A stretch of 57,230 nucleotides of DNA from a bacterium (lineage in GTDB: Bacteria > Spirochaetota > Spirochaetia > Sphaerochaetales > Sphaerochaetaceae). The position numbers were made by a program, and so were the translations under genes. Position 1 is the first letter of the stretch. The number at the start of each line of letters is the position of its first letter. This document shows positions 37,701 to 46,579 of the stretch, piece by piece. Location of the stretch: positions 1 to 57,230 of the forward strand of contig CAVDLI010000001.1 in the NCBI GenBank assembly GCA_963609725.1. The letters are read 5' to 3'. Under the pieces are notes generated by a model that was not told the origin of the DNA, did not search any database, and saw nothing but the letters and a program-made list of their open reading frames with translations.

Positions 37701-39039
37701 CATGACATACAAGAGGATGGAGTTTAATTGCTTTTCCATCAACCAATACTGGCTCAAATGCCTGAATACCAAGTCTATGCAAAGTTGGAGCTCTGTTAAG
37801 CATAACAGGATGCTCTTTTACAACTTCATCAAGAACAGACCAAACATCATTTGTCTCTTGCTCAACAAGAGTTTTTGCTTTCTTCACGTTAGAAGCAAGA
37901 CCACTTTGAACAAGCTTTTTCATTAAGAAAGGCTTATAAAGCTCAAGAGCCATTTTTGAAGGAAGTCCACACTGGTGAATTCTAAGCTCTGGGCCAACAA
38001 CAATTACAGAACGTCCGCTATAGTCTACACGCTTACCAAGTAAGTTTTGTCTGAAACGTCCTTGCTTTCCCTTAAGCATATCTGAAAGAGACTTAAGAGG
38101 TCTGCTATTTGCACCTTTTACAGCTCCACGTTTTCTCTTGGAATTGTCAAACAAAGCATCAACAGCTTCTTGAAGCATTCTCTTTTCATTTCTAACAATA
38201 ATGTCAGGAGCATGAAGACTTATAAGTCTTTGAAGTCTGTTATTTCTGTTAATAACACGTCTATAGAGGTCGTTAAGATCACTTGTAGCAAATCTTCCAC
38301 CATCGAGCTGAACCATTGGTCTCAAATCTGGTGGAATAACAGGAATGACAGTAAGAATCATCCATTCCGGCTTGTTGTCGCTATCACGGAAGTTCTCAAC
38401 AACTTCAATCCTCTTTAGAAGTCTCTTATCTGCAGTCTTAGAACCTTTTTCTCTCATTTGAGCTCTAAGCTCTTCACTTAAAGTCTTAAGATCAAGATCA
38501 GAGAGAAGAATTCTTATTGCTTCAGCACCCATGCTTGCTGTAAAAGAGTCTCCATATTGTTCACGAGCATTGTAGTATTCTTCTTCTGTGAGAAGCTGTT
38601 TGTACTTAAGCTCTGTATCACCAGGATTGAGAACAATGTACTTCTCATAGTAAAGAACACTCTGCAAAGCTGTTTTGGAAATATCCAAAAGAAGACTCAT
38701 ACGAGAAGGAACACTTCTGTAGTACCAAATATGAGAAACTGGAGATGCTAGTGTTATGTGGCCCATTCTCTCACGGCGAACTTTAACGTTAGTAACTTCA
38801 ACGCCACAGCGGTCACAAACAACACCTTTATAACGGATTGACTTAAACTTTCCGCAGTAGCATTCCCATTCTTTTGTTGTTCCAAAAATCTTTTCGCAGA
38901 AAAGTCCTTCTCTCTCTGGTCTGAGAGTTCTGTAGTTTATTGTTTCTGGTTTCTTAACTTCTCCGTAAGACCAAGCTTTGATTTGCTCTGGAGAAGCCAG
39001 TTTAATCATTACACTGTCGAAATCTTGAATATCTTTCAT
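34714..39039 (-). CDS. rpoC: DNA-directed RNA polymerase subunit beta'
   Basis: The track start at 39060 is TTG; ATG 39039 ([10 protein letters not shown]...) has a GGGAG SD. Zinc motif CYCGKF...CDRCG and catalytic NADFDGDQM. Acidic C-terminal tail. Confidence 0.97.
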   Translation of the reverse strand: MKDIQDFDSVMIKLASPEQIKAWSYGEVKKPETINYRTLRPEREGLFCEKIFGTTKEWECYCGKFKSIRYKGVVCDRCGVEVTNVKVRRERMGHITLASPVSHIWYYRSVPSRMSLLLDISKTALQSVLYYEKYIVLNPGDTELKYKQLLTEEEYYNAREQYGDSFTASMGAEAIRILLSDLDLKTLSEELRAQMREKGSKTADKRLLKRIEVVENFRDSDNKPEWMILTVIPVIPPDLRPMVQLDGGRFATSDLNDLYRRVINRNNRLQRLISLHAPDIIVRNEKRMLQEAVDALFDNSKRKRGAVKGANSRPLKSLSDMLKGKQGRFRQNLLGKRVDYSGRSVIVVGPELRIHQCGLPSKMALELYKPFLMKKLVQSGLASNVKKAKTLVEQETNDVWSVLDEVVKEHPVMLNRAPTLHRLGIQAFEPVLVDGKAIKLHPLVCHAFNADFDGDQMPVHVPLTQAAQLECWTLMLSATNLLDPANGKPIVYPSQDMVLGINYLTRAKNNDKGEGHYFDNLDEIQMAIEAGSLSYNAKIGYTLPDGTRFTYPKNEDDYTTPGRLLFFDALPEVNGIGFKEYFNKCFGDKELKKLITQALKTSPNSVVVKLVDAIKDVGFKYATVFGATIGLSDMIVPESKAALVEEANEKQAEVLEQYHHGQITQEERYNRLIDIWSQTNEQLADELMAKLKESQNGFNPLFLMADSGARGSKTQIRQLGGMRGLMSKPNGDIIEFPIKSNFKEGLSIIEFFISTNGARKGLSDTALKTAEAGYLTRRLVDISQDVVINMEDCGTINGIVRTAIKDGDDIIVPLADRITGHYTLENVLNPNTGEVIVPIDHEITDEEAKLIEEAGVEGVLVRTVLTCEAKHGVCQKCYGRNLATNRPVSVGEAVGIIAAQSIGQPGTQLTMRTFHVGGTASTSAEENSITFKHPVYVTKLTGNTVVREDGANLLTRKGYIYYRHVLEEFEYSKKTKFADGVEDGSKVKGNSLVCTNGKEECFCGIKGGLVKKTSDKVLILGPEERIDARAGSEIKVQENSYVSTGDAIMTFDPFSEPIISEYDGMVRYVDLTLGTTLLKEVNEETGIIGYRVTDHSLENVEPKLEIVDSNNNVLASYLLPGSSYIQVGDGEMVKKGQVVARLLMASVKTKDITGGLPRVGELFEARKPRNVAILAQASGVVKFGPVVKGKRVVIVTDEFGKEYKHLILLGKHILVREGDHVEAAERLCDGNIDPHDILAISGENSLQQFLLNEVQEVYRLQGVDINDKHLGIVVRQMLRKVEILKVGDTKFILGQKVDKFKFHEENSRVMAEGGQPAIARPCMLGITNASLSIDSFISAASFQETTKVLTNAAIAGSRDELRGLKENVIIGHLIPAGTGMKCYRDVKLKDEDALALSDRVESVMSARAQEDFDDIEELAGMSTGGEEDDDYSSDDFAGDEE

Positions 39040-39056
39040 CTTTGCAGCTCCCTGAA

Positions 39057-42000
39057 TCAAAGACTCTTCTTGTTGATTATTTCTTCGTCACGTTCAGTTA
39101 GAGCAACCTGTTTGCCCTTTGAATCGTAAACACTCATATCCAACGCAAGACCACGAATTTCCTGAACCAAGACATTGAAAGCCTCTGGCATTCCAGCACT
39201 TGAAGAAGGCTCGCCCTTAACAATGCTTTCATAAATCTTTACACGTCCGTTCATATCGTCACTCTTAATAGTAAGGAATTCTTGAAGTGTGTTGGCAGCG
39301 CCATAAGCCTCAAGTGCCCAAACTTCCATTTCTCCAAGTCTCTGACCACCAAACTGGGCTTTTCCGCCCAATGGCTGTTGAGTAACCAGTGAATAAGGTC
39401 CTGTACTTCTTGCATGCATCTTGTCATCAACAAGGTGGTGCAATTTAAGATAGTAGATATATCCGCAGAAAACAGGATTTACAAAAGGAATACCTGTTCT
39501 TCCATCATAGAGTGTAGTCTTGGAGTTGATTGGAAGCCCTGCTTCCTTCATCTTCTCTTCAATCTGCTCCATTGAAGCACTTTGGAATACTGGTGAAGAA
39601 TACCATTCATCAAGCTTAATTGCTGCCCATCCAAGCTGAGTTTCCATAAGCTGACCAATGTTCATTCGTGAAGGAACACCAAGTGGGTTGAGACAAACAT
39701 CAAGAGGAGTTCCATCTTCCATAAATGGCATATCTTCTTCTGGAAGAATTCTTGAAACAACACCCTTGTTTCCATGACGTCCAGCCATTTTATCACCTTG
39801 TCTAAGTTTTCTCTTAGTTGCAATAATGACTTTAATTGTCTCTTCAACTCCAGGAGGGAGCTCATCACTTTCACTTTTCTTTAAGCGCTGAATATCAATG
39901 ACAATACCTTCTGTTCCGTGTGGTACTTTAAGAGATGTATCACGAACTTCTTTAGCCTTTTCACCAAAGATAGAGTTGAGAAGTTTGAACTCAGGAGTCA
40001 TGTCACTTTCACTCTTTGGCGTAACTTTACCAACAAGAATATGTCCCGGATGAACCATTGTTCCAATCTTTACGATACCTTCTTCATCAAGCATCTCAAG
40101 CATTTTTTCATTGGTATTAGGAATATCACGAGTAAGTTTTTCCGGCCCAAGCTTTGTCTCTCTAATATCAGTTGTAAATTCTTTGATATGTATGGATGTA
40201 TAAATATCATCTTTGACAACTCTTTCAGATATAAGAACAGCATCCTCGTAGTTATAACCATTCCAAGGCACAAAACCAACAAGAATGTTTCTACCAAGAG
40301 CTAAATCTCCTCTATCTGTTGCCGGTCCATCTGCTATAACATCACCAGCTTTTACAACCTGACCATTACATACAATTGGAGTTTGTGTAAAACAAGTATC
40401 CTGGTTAGTTCTCTGGAATTTTTGAACGTCATACTTGTCAATTTCACCCTCAATCTCACATTCAGCAGGATTTACTTCAATTTCTATTCTTGTGGATGAA
40501 ACATAAACAACTTTTCCACCACGTTTTGCTTTAATAAGAACGCCTGTGTCATAAGCTGCCTTTGTTTCCATACCAGTACCAACTCTAGGAGCCTCTGGGA
40601 AAAGAAGAGGAACTGCTTGACGTTGCATGTTAGACCCCATGAGAGCTCTGTTAGCATCGTCGTGTTCAAGGAACGGAATAAGAGAAGCTGCAACAGAAAC
40701 AACCTGTCTTGGCGATACGTCCATGTACTTTATTTCTTCAGGACGACGTGTTGAATAATCACCCTTGTTACGTACAGGAACCATTTTCTCTACAAAAGAA
40801 CCGTCCTTATTGAGTGTAGCGTTTGCATTAGCAATGAAGTATCTCTCTTCATCGTAAGCATCCAAGAACTTAACTTCTTTAGTAGCTTTTCCATCAACAA
40901 CTTTTCTATATGGAGTCTCAAGGAAGCCATACTTATTAATTCTTGTGTAATTAGCCAAAGATACAATAAGACCAATGTTTGGACCTTCAGGAGTTTCAAT
41001 TGGGCACATTCTTCCATAGTGAGTGTAATGAACGTCTCTAACTTCAAATCCTGCACGGTCTCTGTTAAGTCCACCACTTCCCAAAGCTGTAAGTCTTCTC
41101 TTATGAGTAAGCTCTGCAAGAGGGTTAATTTGATCCATAAACTGGGAGAACTGAGAAGAACCAAAGAATTCTTTAATTGCGGCAACAATAGGCTTGTTGG
41201 AAATTAAATCCTGTGGTTTTGCAGCCTCTGGGTTTGTATTCATACGGTCTTTTGCAATTCTTTCCATTCTTGAGAAAGCAGCCTTTAACTGTTGCTGTAA
41301 AAGCTCTCCAACGCTTCTTACACGTCTGTTTCCAAGATGGTCAATATCATCAAGGCTTTCTTCATGAATGAATACCTTAATGAGGAACTTCATCGTATTG
41401 ACAATATCTTCTGGAGTTAAAACAGTAAGACTCTCATCAAATGTAGAATCTTCGTCTCCCGCATAGAACTTCTTGTGAAGTTTATAACGACCTACAGCTC
41501 CAAGGTCATAACGACGTGAAGAGAAGAACATTTCTGGAAGCTCTTTCTCTCCTCTTTCTGTGGTAATCATTTCACCTGGCATGAGAACACTGTAAATGTG
41601 GCCCAAAACTTCTTCTTTTGTAGGCTCGTCACTCACGCCACTATTTGTATATTTGGATTCCTCAATTGCAAAGCAGTTGAGAATGATATCGCTATGAAGC
41701 GAATCTTTTGCTTGCATGTCCACAACATCTATGCTTTGGACTCCCAAGCTAATAAGAGTATCTATATCGTTGGCATTCAATGCTGTTCCAGCTTGGAAAA
41801 CTTTGACTTCTTTTCCGTCTACTGTTGCATAAATATCTTTTGCAGGATATTGACCGTCAAATTCTTCCTTTGTCTGGTCATTCAATTCCATTGTTTTGGA
41901 AGCATAGAATGCTGCAATAATTTTTTCTCTTGTATTATATCCAATGGCTCTAAGGAACAGAGTCCCAAGGATTCTCTTTTTTCTGTCAATTTTGGCAGCA

Positions 42001-42563
42001 ATAATACGTTTCTTCTCATCAATCTCAAACTCGAGCCATGAGCCACGGTAAGGGATTATCCTAGAAGAGTACACACCTTTCTCGTTGGTAAAAATTACAC
42101 CAGGGGATCTGTGAATTTGGCTAACAACAACTCTTTCAGCTCCATTGATGATGAAAGTTCCTCTGTCTGTCATAAGAGGAATATCGCCCAAGAAAATCTC
42201 TTTTTCTCTAAGTTCATCATTTGCAGCAAGAGCCAAACTAATCACAGCACGGAGTGGTACACTGTAAGTGCGTCCTTTTTTCTTGCACTCTATTTCCGAG
42301 AACTTGATGTTGTCGAAATCAAGCGAATAAGACTCATATCTAAGGCTCATTTCGCCATTTGGACCGTCAATTGGGAAAGTGGATCTAAAAACGTCTTCAA
42401 GACCGCACTTCTCATCAACAGGCTCTCCTTTCTTGAGCTTGTTGCTCTGGAGGAAACTCTCGTATGAATCTTTTTGGATTCCAATTAAATCCGGAAGCTC
42501 ACACACTTCATCGTATTCTGCTCCGATATAGGTTCTGTTTATGGGCTTGCCTTTGGCAACCAT
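39057..42563 (-). CDS. rpoB: DNA-directed RNA polymerase subunit beta
   Basis: 1168 aa with conserved beta-subunit blocks (e.g. [20 protein letters not shown]). Confidence 0.97.
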   Translation of the reverse strand: MVAKGKPINRTYIGAEYDEVCELPDLIGIQKDSYESFLQSNKLKKGEPVDEKCGLEDVFRSTFPIDGPNGEMSLRYESYSLDFDNIKFSEIECKKKGRTYSVPLRAVISLALAANDELREKEIFLGDIPLMTDRGTFIINGAERVVVSQIHRSPGVIFTNEKGVYSSRIIPYRGSWLEFEIDEKKRIIAAKIDRKKRILGTLFLRAIGYNTREKIIAAFYASKTMELNDQTKEEFDGQYPAKDIYATVDGKEVKVFQAGTALNANDIDTLISLGVQSIDVVDMQAKDSLHSDIILNCFAIEESKYTNSGVSDEPTKEEVLGHIYSVLMPGEMITTERGEKELPEMFFSSRRYDLGAVGRYKLHKKFYAGDEDSTFDESLTVLTPEDIVNTMKFLIKVFIHEESLDDIDHLGNRRVRSVGELLQQQLKAAFSRMERIAKDRMNTNPEAAKPQDLISNKPIVAAIKEFFGSSQFSQFMDQINPLAELTHKRRLTALGSGGLNRDRAGFEVRDVHYTHYGRMCPIETPEGPNIGLIVSLANYTRINKYGFLETPYRKVVDGKATKEVKFLDAYDEERYFIANANATLNKDGSFVEKMVPVRNKGDYSTRRPEEIKYMDVSPRQVVSVAASLIPFLEHDDANRALMGSNMQRQAVPLLFPEAPRVGTGMETKAAYDTGVLIKAKRGGKVVYVSSTRIEIEVNPAECEIEGEIDKYDVQKFQRTNQDTCFTQTPIVCNGQVVKAGDVIADGPATDRGDLALGRNILVGFVPWNGYNYEDAVLISERVVKDDIYTSIHIKEFTTDIRETKLGPEKLTRDIPNTNEKMLEMLDEEGIVKIGTMVHPGHILVGKVTPKSESDMTPEFKLLNSIFGEKAKEVRDTSLKVPHGTEGIVIDIQRLKKSESDELPPGVEETIKVIIATKRKLRQGDKMAGRHGNKGVVSRILPEEDMPFMEDGTPLDVCLNPLGVPSRMNIGQLMETQLGWAAIKLDEWYSSPVFQSASMEQIEEKMKEAGLPINSKTTLYDGRTGIPFVNPVFCGYIYYLKLHHLVDDKMHARSTGPYSLVTQQPLGGKAQFGGQRLGEMEVWALEAYGAANTLQEFLTIKSDDMNGRVKIYESIVKGEPSSSAGMPEAFNVLVQEIRGLALDMSVYDSKGKQVALTERDEEIINKKSL

Positions 42564-42613
42564 CGTGTACCCCCAAATCAGTAATAAAATGCCATAAAAT
42601 AATGGCTATAAAC

Positions 42614-42631
42614 AGGTTTTTGCAAAAACCT
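42614..42631. repeat. Perfect 18-bp palindrome AGGTTTTTGCAAAAACCT in the rplL-rpoB spacer
   Basis: The sequence is identical to its reverse complement. The core TTTTGCAAAA and the flanking GAGGTTT/AAACCTC recur in many intergenic regions of this window. Confidence 0.85.
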
Positions 42632-42639
42632 CTGAACAA

Positions 42640-42697
42640 AAACAATAAAAACAATAAAAGACAGAAACCCTCCCACTGCCAAAAATAGCATGGGAGG
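42640..42697 (-). terminator. Hairpin plus T-rich tract between rplL and rpoB (probable attenuator)
   Basis: Minus strand has CCTCCCA (42697-42691) pairing with TGGGAGG (42675-42669), a 7-bp stem with a 15-nt loop. It is followed by TTTCTGTCTTTTATTGTTTTTATTGTTTTTG. Confidence 0.45.
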
Positions 42698-42714
42698 TTC
42701 TGTTATAAAATTGA

Positions 42715-43092
42715 TTACTGTACCTCAACAACACAACCAGCAGCTTCAAGTTTCTCCTTGACAGCAGCTGCATCAGCCTTTGAAATACCTTCTTTAACTT
42801 TTCCGCCACCTTCAACAAGCTCTTTTGCTTCTTTAAGGCCAAGCTCTGCGCTGACTTCTCTAACAGCCTTAATTGCAGCAATTTTCTTTGATGCATCAAA
42901 AGACTTAAGAATAACGTCAAACTCTGTTTTCTCTTCAACTTCTTCAGCAGGAGCTGCAGGACCAGCAGCAACAGCAACAGCTGCAGCAGCGGCTTTAACA
43001 CCAAACTTCTCTTCCATTGCCTTAATGAGGTCTGAAACCTCCATTACGGTCATGTTTGCAATAGACTCTAAAATCTCATCTCTTGTAGCCAT
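42715..43092 (-). CDS. rplL: 50S ribosomal protein L7/L12
   Basis: 125 aa with an Ala-rich hinge and ...[19 protein letters not shown]... Confidence 0.96.
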   Translation of the reverse strand: MATRDEILESIANMTVMEVSDLIKAMEEKFGVKAAAAAVAVAAGPAAPAEEVEEKTEFDVILKSFDASKKIAAIKAVREVSAELGLKEAKELVEGGGKVKEGISKADAAAVKEKLEAAGCVVEVQ

Positions 43093-43163
43093 ATTATCTT
43101 CTCCTCTATAAAATTTTTATTTTCAACGGTCATAGCATGGTACTATGAAGACTAAAACCGCCG

Positions 43164-43700
43164 TTATTCTGTTTTTGCCTCTTGTGCAGGGGCTGCGCCT
43201 TCCAACTTCTCCTGGTAGGCAAGGAGTGTAGCAGCAACCTTTTGGACTGGAGCCATCATTGTAGCCATAAGGTGGCTAATGAGGTCGAGTCTGCCTGGGA
43301 GCTTAGAGAATGCATCAACTTCTGCTGCATCAAAAGCTCTACCATCAAGGAATCCACCACGAACTTTAAGTTTGTTTTCTGTACCCTTTTGAGCGTCAAC
43401 AACAATCTTTGCAATAGCACTTTGCTCATCACCTCTTGCGAGGACAACAGCTGTAGGTCCTACTAACTTGTCATCAACACCCTCGTGTCCAAGTTCTCTC
43501 ATTGCAATCTTTGCATAGCGATTCTTAACAACACGACAAACGGCATCCTTGGCTCTAAGCTGTTTTCTCAAATCAGAAATTTGAGCAACAGAGAGACCAC
43601 GATAATCCGCGAAGATGAATCCGGAATACTGAACAAACTCTTCTTTAAGCTGCTTTACAGCGGCTTCTTTAGTCTCGTTTACTTTTACCTGATAATCCAT
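43164..43700 (-). CDS. rplJ: 50S ribosomal protein L10
   Basis: 178 aa. Starts only 15 nt after the rplA stop, leaving no room for a separate L10 leader. Confidence 0.93.
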   Translation of the reverse strand: MDYQVKVNETKEAAVKQLKEEFVQYSGFIFADYRGLSVAQISDLRKQLRAKDAVCRVVKNRYAKIAMRELGHEGVDDKLVGPTAVVLARGDEQSAIAKIVVDAQKGTENKLKVRGGFLDGRAFDAAEVDAFSKLPGRLDLISHLMATMMAPVQKVAATLLAYQEKLEGAAPAQEAKTE

Positions 43701-43715
43701 ACTTCACCTCGCCTA

Positions 43716-44396
43716 TTACAGAACTTCCTTAGCGTCAATAGAGACACCAGGCCCCATGGTTGAAGCAAGAGCTGTGCTAACGATGAAATCACCCTTTGCA
43801 TCAACTGGCTTTCTTCTAAAGATTTCTTTAATTGCAACATCTGCATTCTCTGCAATCTTGTCTGCATCCATAGAAACCTTACCAATTGCCATATGAACAA
43901 CACCAGTCTTGTCAGAACGGAACTCTGTTCTTCCCTTGCGGAGTTCTGCAAGAGCGCCCTTGATATCCATTGTAACAGTCTGTGTCTTTGGGTTTGGCAT
44001 GAGACCTCTTCTACCAAGGATAGGACCAAGACGACCAACATCTTTCATCATGTCAGGGGTTGCAACAGCAACATCGAAATCCATCCAACCACCACGGATT
44101 TTCTCAATAAGCTCTGCATCACCTACGTATGTAGCACCAGCATCCAATGCTTCTTGAGCTTTGTCACCCTTTGCAAATACAAGAATCTTTTTCTCTGCAG
44201 AGAACTGGTTTGGAAGAACAACAGTATCTCTAACACTCTGACTCTTCTTAAGCAAAAGCTTAATGTGGAGTTCTACAGTCTCGTCAAACTTTGCATAAGA
44301 AAGTTCTTTTACAAGAGCTGTGGCTTCAGCAAGGCTGTAAACCTTTGTTCTGTCATATTTCTTGACAGCATCTTGATACTTTTTGCCGTGCTTCAT
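43716..44396 (-). CDS. rplA: 50S ribosomal protein L1
   Basis: 226 aa, [16 protein letters not shown]... Overlaps rplK by 4 nt. Confidence 0.95.
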   Translation of the reverse strand: MKHGKKYQDAVKKYDRTKVYSLAEATALVKELSYAKFDETVELHIKLLLKKSQSVRDTVVLPNQFSAEKKILVFAKGDKAQEALDAGATYVGDAELIEKIRGGWMDFDVAVATPDMMKDVGRLGPILGRRGLMPNPKTQTVTMDIKGALAELRKGRTEFRSDKTGVVHMAIGKVSMDADKIAENADVAIKEIFRRKPVDAKGDFIVSTALASTMGPGVSIDAKEVL

Positions 44397-44824
44397 TTTT
44401 CCACCTCCACGCCCATGCTTCTTGCTGTTCCTGCAATAATATGCTTAGCAGCCTCAAGGTCATTAGCATTGAGGTCAGGCATTTTGGTCTTTGCAATCTC
44501 TTCAAGCTGAGCCTGAGAGAGAGTTCCAACCTTTTGCTTGTTTGGAACACCACTTGCTTTCTGAAGACCAAGAGCTTTCTTAATAAGAACAGCTGCTGGA
44601 GGAGTCTTGAGAATGAAAGAGAATGTTCTGTCTGCGTAAACTGTAATTACGACTGGAACTGTCAAGCCTGGTTCAAACTGTCTTGTCTTTTCGTTGAACT
44701 GCTGGACAAACTGTGGTGCACTTACCCCATGAGGTCCAAGAGCCGGTCCAATTGGAGGTGCCGGAGTGGCCTTTTGGGCGGGACACTGCAACTTGATTAT
44801 TGCAGTAACCTTTTTCTTTGCCAT
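44393..44824 (-). CDS. rplK: 50S ribosomal protein L11
   Basis: 143 aa, [30 protein letters not shown]... Confidence 0.96.
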   Translation of the reverse strand: MAKKKVTAIIKLQCPAQKATPAPPIGPALGPHGVSAPQFVQQFNEKTRQFEPGLTVPVVITVYADRTFSFILKTPPAAVLIKKALGLQKASGVPNKQKVGTLSQAQLEEIAKTKMPDLNANDLEAAKHIIAGTARSMGVEVEK

Positions 44825-44881
44825 ATTCTTCTCCTTACGTGCAAGGCCTTGCCTGAGTTGGCAGATACTTCAGACCTTCAC

Positions 44882-44920
44882 GCTGGTATTAACGCCTGTC
44901 GTACGACAAGGCTCCCACCT
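44882..44920 (-). promoter_or_regulatory. Putative L1-binding autoregulatory element (23S rRNA L1-stalk mimic) in the rplK-rplA leader
   Basis: Minus strand reads AAAGGUGGGAG-[GCCUUGUCG UA CGACAGGC hairpin]-GUUAAUACCAGC. As I recall it, the E. coli 23S L1 stalk contains AGGUGGGAGGC...AAAUACCACCC. The element lies about 60-95 nt upstream of the rplK ATG. Confidence 0.45.
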
Positions 44921-45114
44921 TTCCGGATTTTTCAAGTCTTTAAAGTGTTCACTTACAGGAAACCAAAACGAATAAACTCTCGTAAGATAACCTTGCATAA
45001 AACCTTCTAGAACTCTCAATCTCCGAAGAGGAGTAATTCAATGCAATTGAACGTATGTTTTTTGTTTACTGTATCTGCAACGTCCGGTACAAATGCAGTC
45101 TTAATTGAACTCAA

Positions 45115-45675
45115 TCAAAGTTTTTCAACTTGGTTGAATTCAATTTCCACAGGTGTTGGTCTTCCAAAAATTTCTACTGAAACTTTTATGCGACTTTTTT
45201 CAAGGTTAATTTCCTCAATAACACCTGTAAATCCAGAGAACGGACCGTCAATAACTTTGACTGTTTCTCCTTCGTTAAAACTCTGCTTGGGTCTAAATGC
45301 TTTCTCTGCTTTAATTTCACCTGTCTTTTGAAGGATGTTATTCATCTCATCCTTTGTCAAAGGCATTGGTTTGGAGGATCTAGTAGCTGCAAGGAAACCA
45401 GTGACACCTTGTATGCGCTTTATTTGAGAGCAATAGTTTTTCCAAGAATCGCCCTCCGGCATATCGAGTTCAACGAGAATATAACCTGGCAGAACTTTAT
45501 GTTTAACCTCTTTTTTGACCCCGTCTTTGTTTTCAACAAGTGTCTCAAAAGGAACCTTTACATCAAGACAAACTGAAGCAAAATCACTATCAGTCTCCAT
45601 CATTCTGCGGATGAGTTTCTCAATTTTTTGCTCGTACCCTGAATAGGTGTGTACAATATACCAACCTCTTGCCAT
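45115..45675 (-). CDS. nusG: Transcription termination/antitermination factor NusG
   Basis: 186 aa. NGN domain (WYIVHTYSGYEQK) and KOW domain (GETVKVIDGPFSGFTGVIEEI). Confidence 0.95.
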   Translation of the reverse strand: MARGWYIVHTYSGYEQKIEKLIRRMMETDSDFASVCLDVKVPFETLVENKDGVKKEVKHKVLPGYILVELDMPEGDSWKNYCSQIKRIQGVTGFLAATRSSKPMPLTKDEMNNILQKTGEIKAEKAFRPKQSFNEGETVKVIDGPFSGFTGVIEEINLEKSRIKVSVEIFGRPTPVEIEFNQVEKL

Positions 45676-45695
45676 CTAAACCTTCCTTGAAATCC

Positions 45696-45875
45696 TTAGA
45701 AAAGCAAGGACACTGCCTTGAGAAGTAAGAAATCTGTAAGACCAAGAAGAACAGCAAATACAACAGTAGTAATAAGAATAAGTTTCGTTGAAGAAACAAT
45801 TGTTGCTCTATTTGGCCATGCGACCTTTTTCATCTCTAAACGACATTCTTTAAAGTATCTGAATAATTTTTTCAT
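45696..45875 (-). CDS. secE: Preprotein translocase subunit SecE
   Basis: Not in the ORF track (59 aa). Hand translation gives MKKLFRYFKECRLEMKKVAWPNRATIVSSTKLILITTVVFAVLLGLTDFLLLKAVSLLF*. AGGAG SD 6 nt upstream. In the canonical position upstream of nusG. Confidence 0.88.
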   Translation of the reverse strand: MKKLFRYFKECRLEMKKVAWPNRATIVSSTKLILITTVVFAVLLGLTDFLLLKAVSLLF

Positions 45876-45910
45876 TCTATACTCCTAAATAATCCCAAAC
45901 AGAGGTTTTA

Positions 45911-45984
45911 CAGGCCAGGAGGGATTCGAACCCCCAACACCCGGTTTTGGAGACCAGTGCTCTAACCGTTCGAGCTACTGGCCT
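45911..45984 (-). tRNA. tRNA-Trp (anticodon CCA)
   Basis: Minus strand reads AGGCCAG-TA-GCTC..GAGC-A-CTGGT-CTCCAAA-ACCGG-..-GGGGG-TTCGAAT-CCCTC-CTGGCCT-G. Full cloverleaf, with no encoded CCA. Confidence 0.9.
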
Positions 45985-46011
45985 ATATTCCTCTATTTCA
46001 AAATCCCAAAC

Positions 46012-46188
46012 TTACTTTACCTTTGTTTCACGGTGCAATGTATGCTTGCGATCGAACGGACAATACTTCATAAGCTCAAGCTTGTTTGGATTGTTACGGC
46101 GATTTTTCTCTGTTGTATAATTCTTTCTCTTGCACTCTGAGCACTGAAGAGCAATCTTTTCAACAGGACTTTTCTTTTTGTCTGCCAT
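46012..46188 (-). CDS. rpmG: 50S ribosomal protein L33
   Basis: Not in the ORF track (58 aa). Hand translation gives [66 protein letters not shown]. Confidence 0.9.
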   Translation of the reverse strand: MADKKKSPVEKIALQCSECKRKNYTTEKNRRNNPNKLELMKYCPFDRKHTLHRETKVK

Positions 46189-46253
46189 ATCTATAACTCC
46201 TTAAGGCTAATACCTTTATCTTTATAAACACATGTGTTTGTCATATACCGTTG

Positions 46254-46326
46254 AGCCCTCGAGCGGATTTGAACCGCTGACCCCAACCTTACCATGGTTG
46301 TGCTCTGCCGACTGAGCTACAAGGGC
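46254..46326 (-). tRNA. tRNA-Thr (anticodon GGT)
   Basis: Minus strand reads GCCCTTG-TA-GCTC-AGTCGGCA-GAGC-A-CAACC-ATGGTAA-GGTTG-..-AGCGG-TTCAAAT-CCGCT-CGAGGGC-T. Confidence 0.9.
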
Positions 46327-46455
46327 ATACTTATAGCGCAAAAACATGCAAGGTGTAAGGTAACAAAAACGCAAGTACTTTGTCAATAACTCTAAAGGTT
46401 GCAAAAAATAGCATTAAAAAGATTTTTGCAAATTGCCACAAGATGACCCCTTTCA

Positions 46456-46484
46456 TTGAAACACATCTTTTTTTTTGATACAAT
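46456..46484 (+). promoter_or_regulatory. Candidate promoter for glgP (TTGAAA-17 nt-TACAAT with an extended TG)
   Basis: TTGAAA at 46456-46461, a 17-nt spacer ending in TGA, then TACAAT at 46479-46484. Confidence 0.5.
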
Positions 46485-46579
46485 AGCACCGGTTTTGGTT
46501 AATTCTTTTTACCTTAAAAGAATAACCTAGACCATTTTTTACTAAAAAGAAACTTGTATCGTTCAAGGATATTGGAAAA

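Noticed and set aside
46222-46404. 60-aa minus-strand ORF
   Set aside because: It overlaps a complete tRNA-Thr(GGT) cloverleaf (46254-46326). The ORF is an artefact of the stop-free tRNA region.
46327-46455. Promoter for the tRNA-Thr/rpmG/secE/nusG unit
   Set aside because: The candidates (TTGACA-17-TTACCT, and TATAAG only 3 nt from the tRNA 5' end) have poor -10 elements or poor spacing. They are not reported as features.
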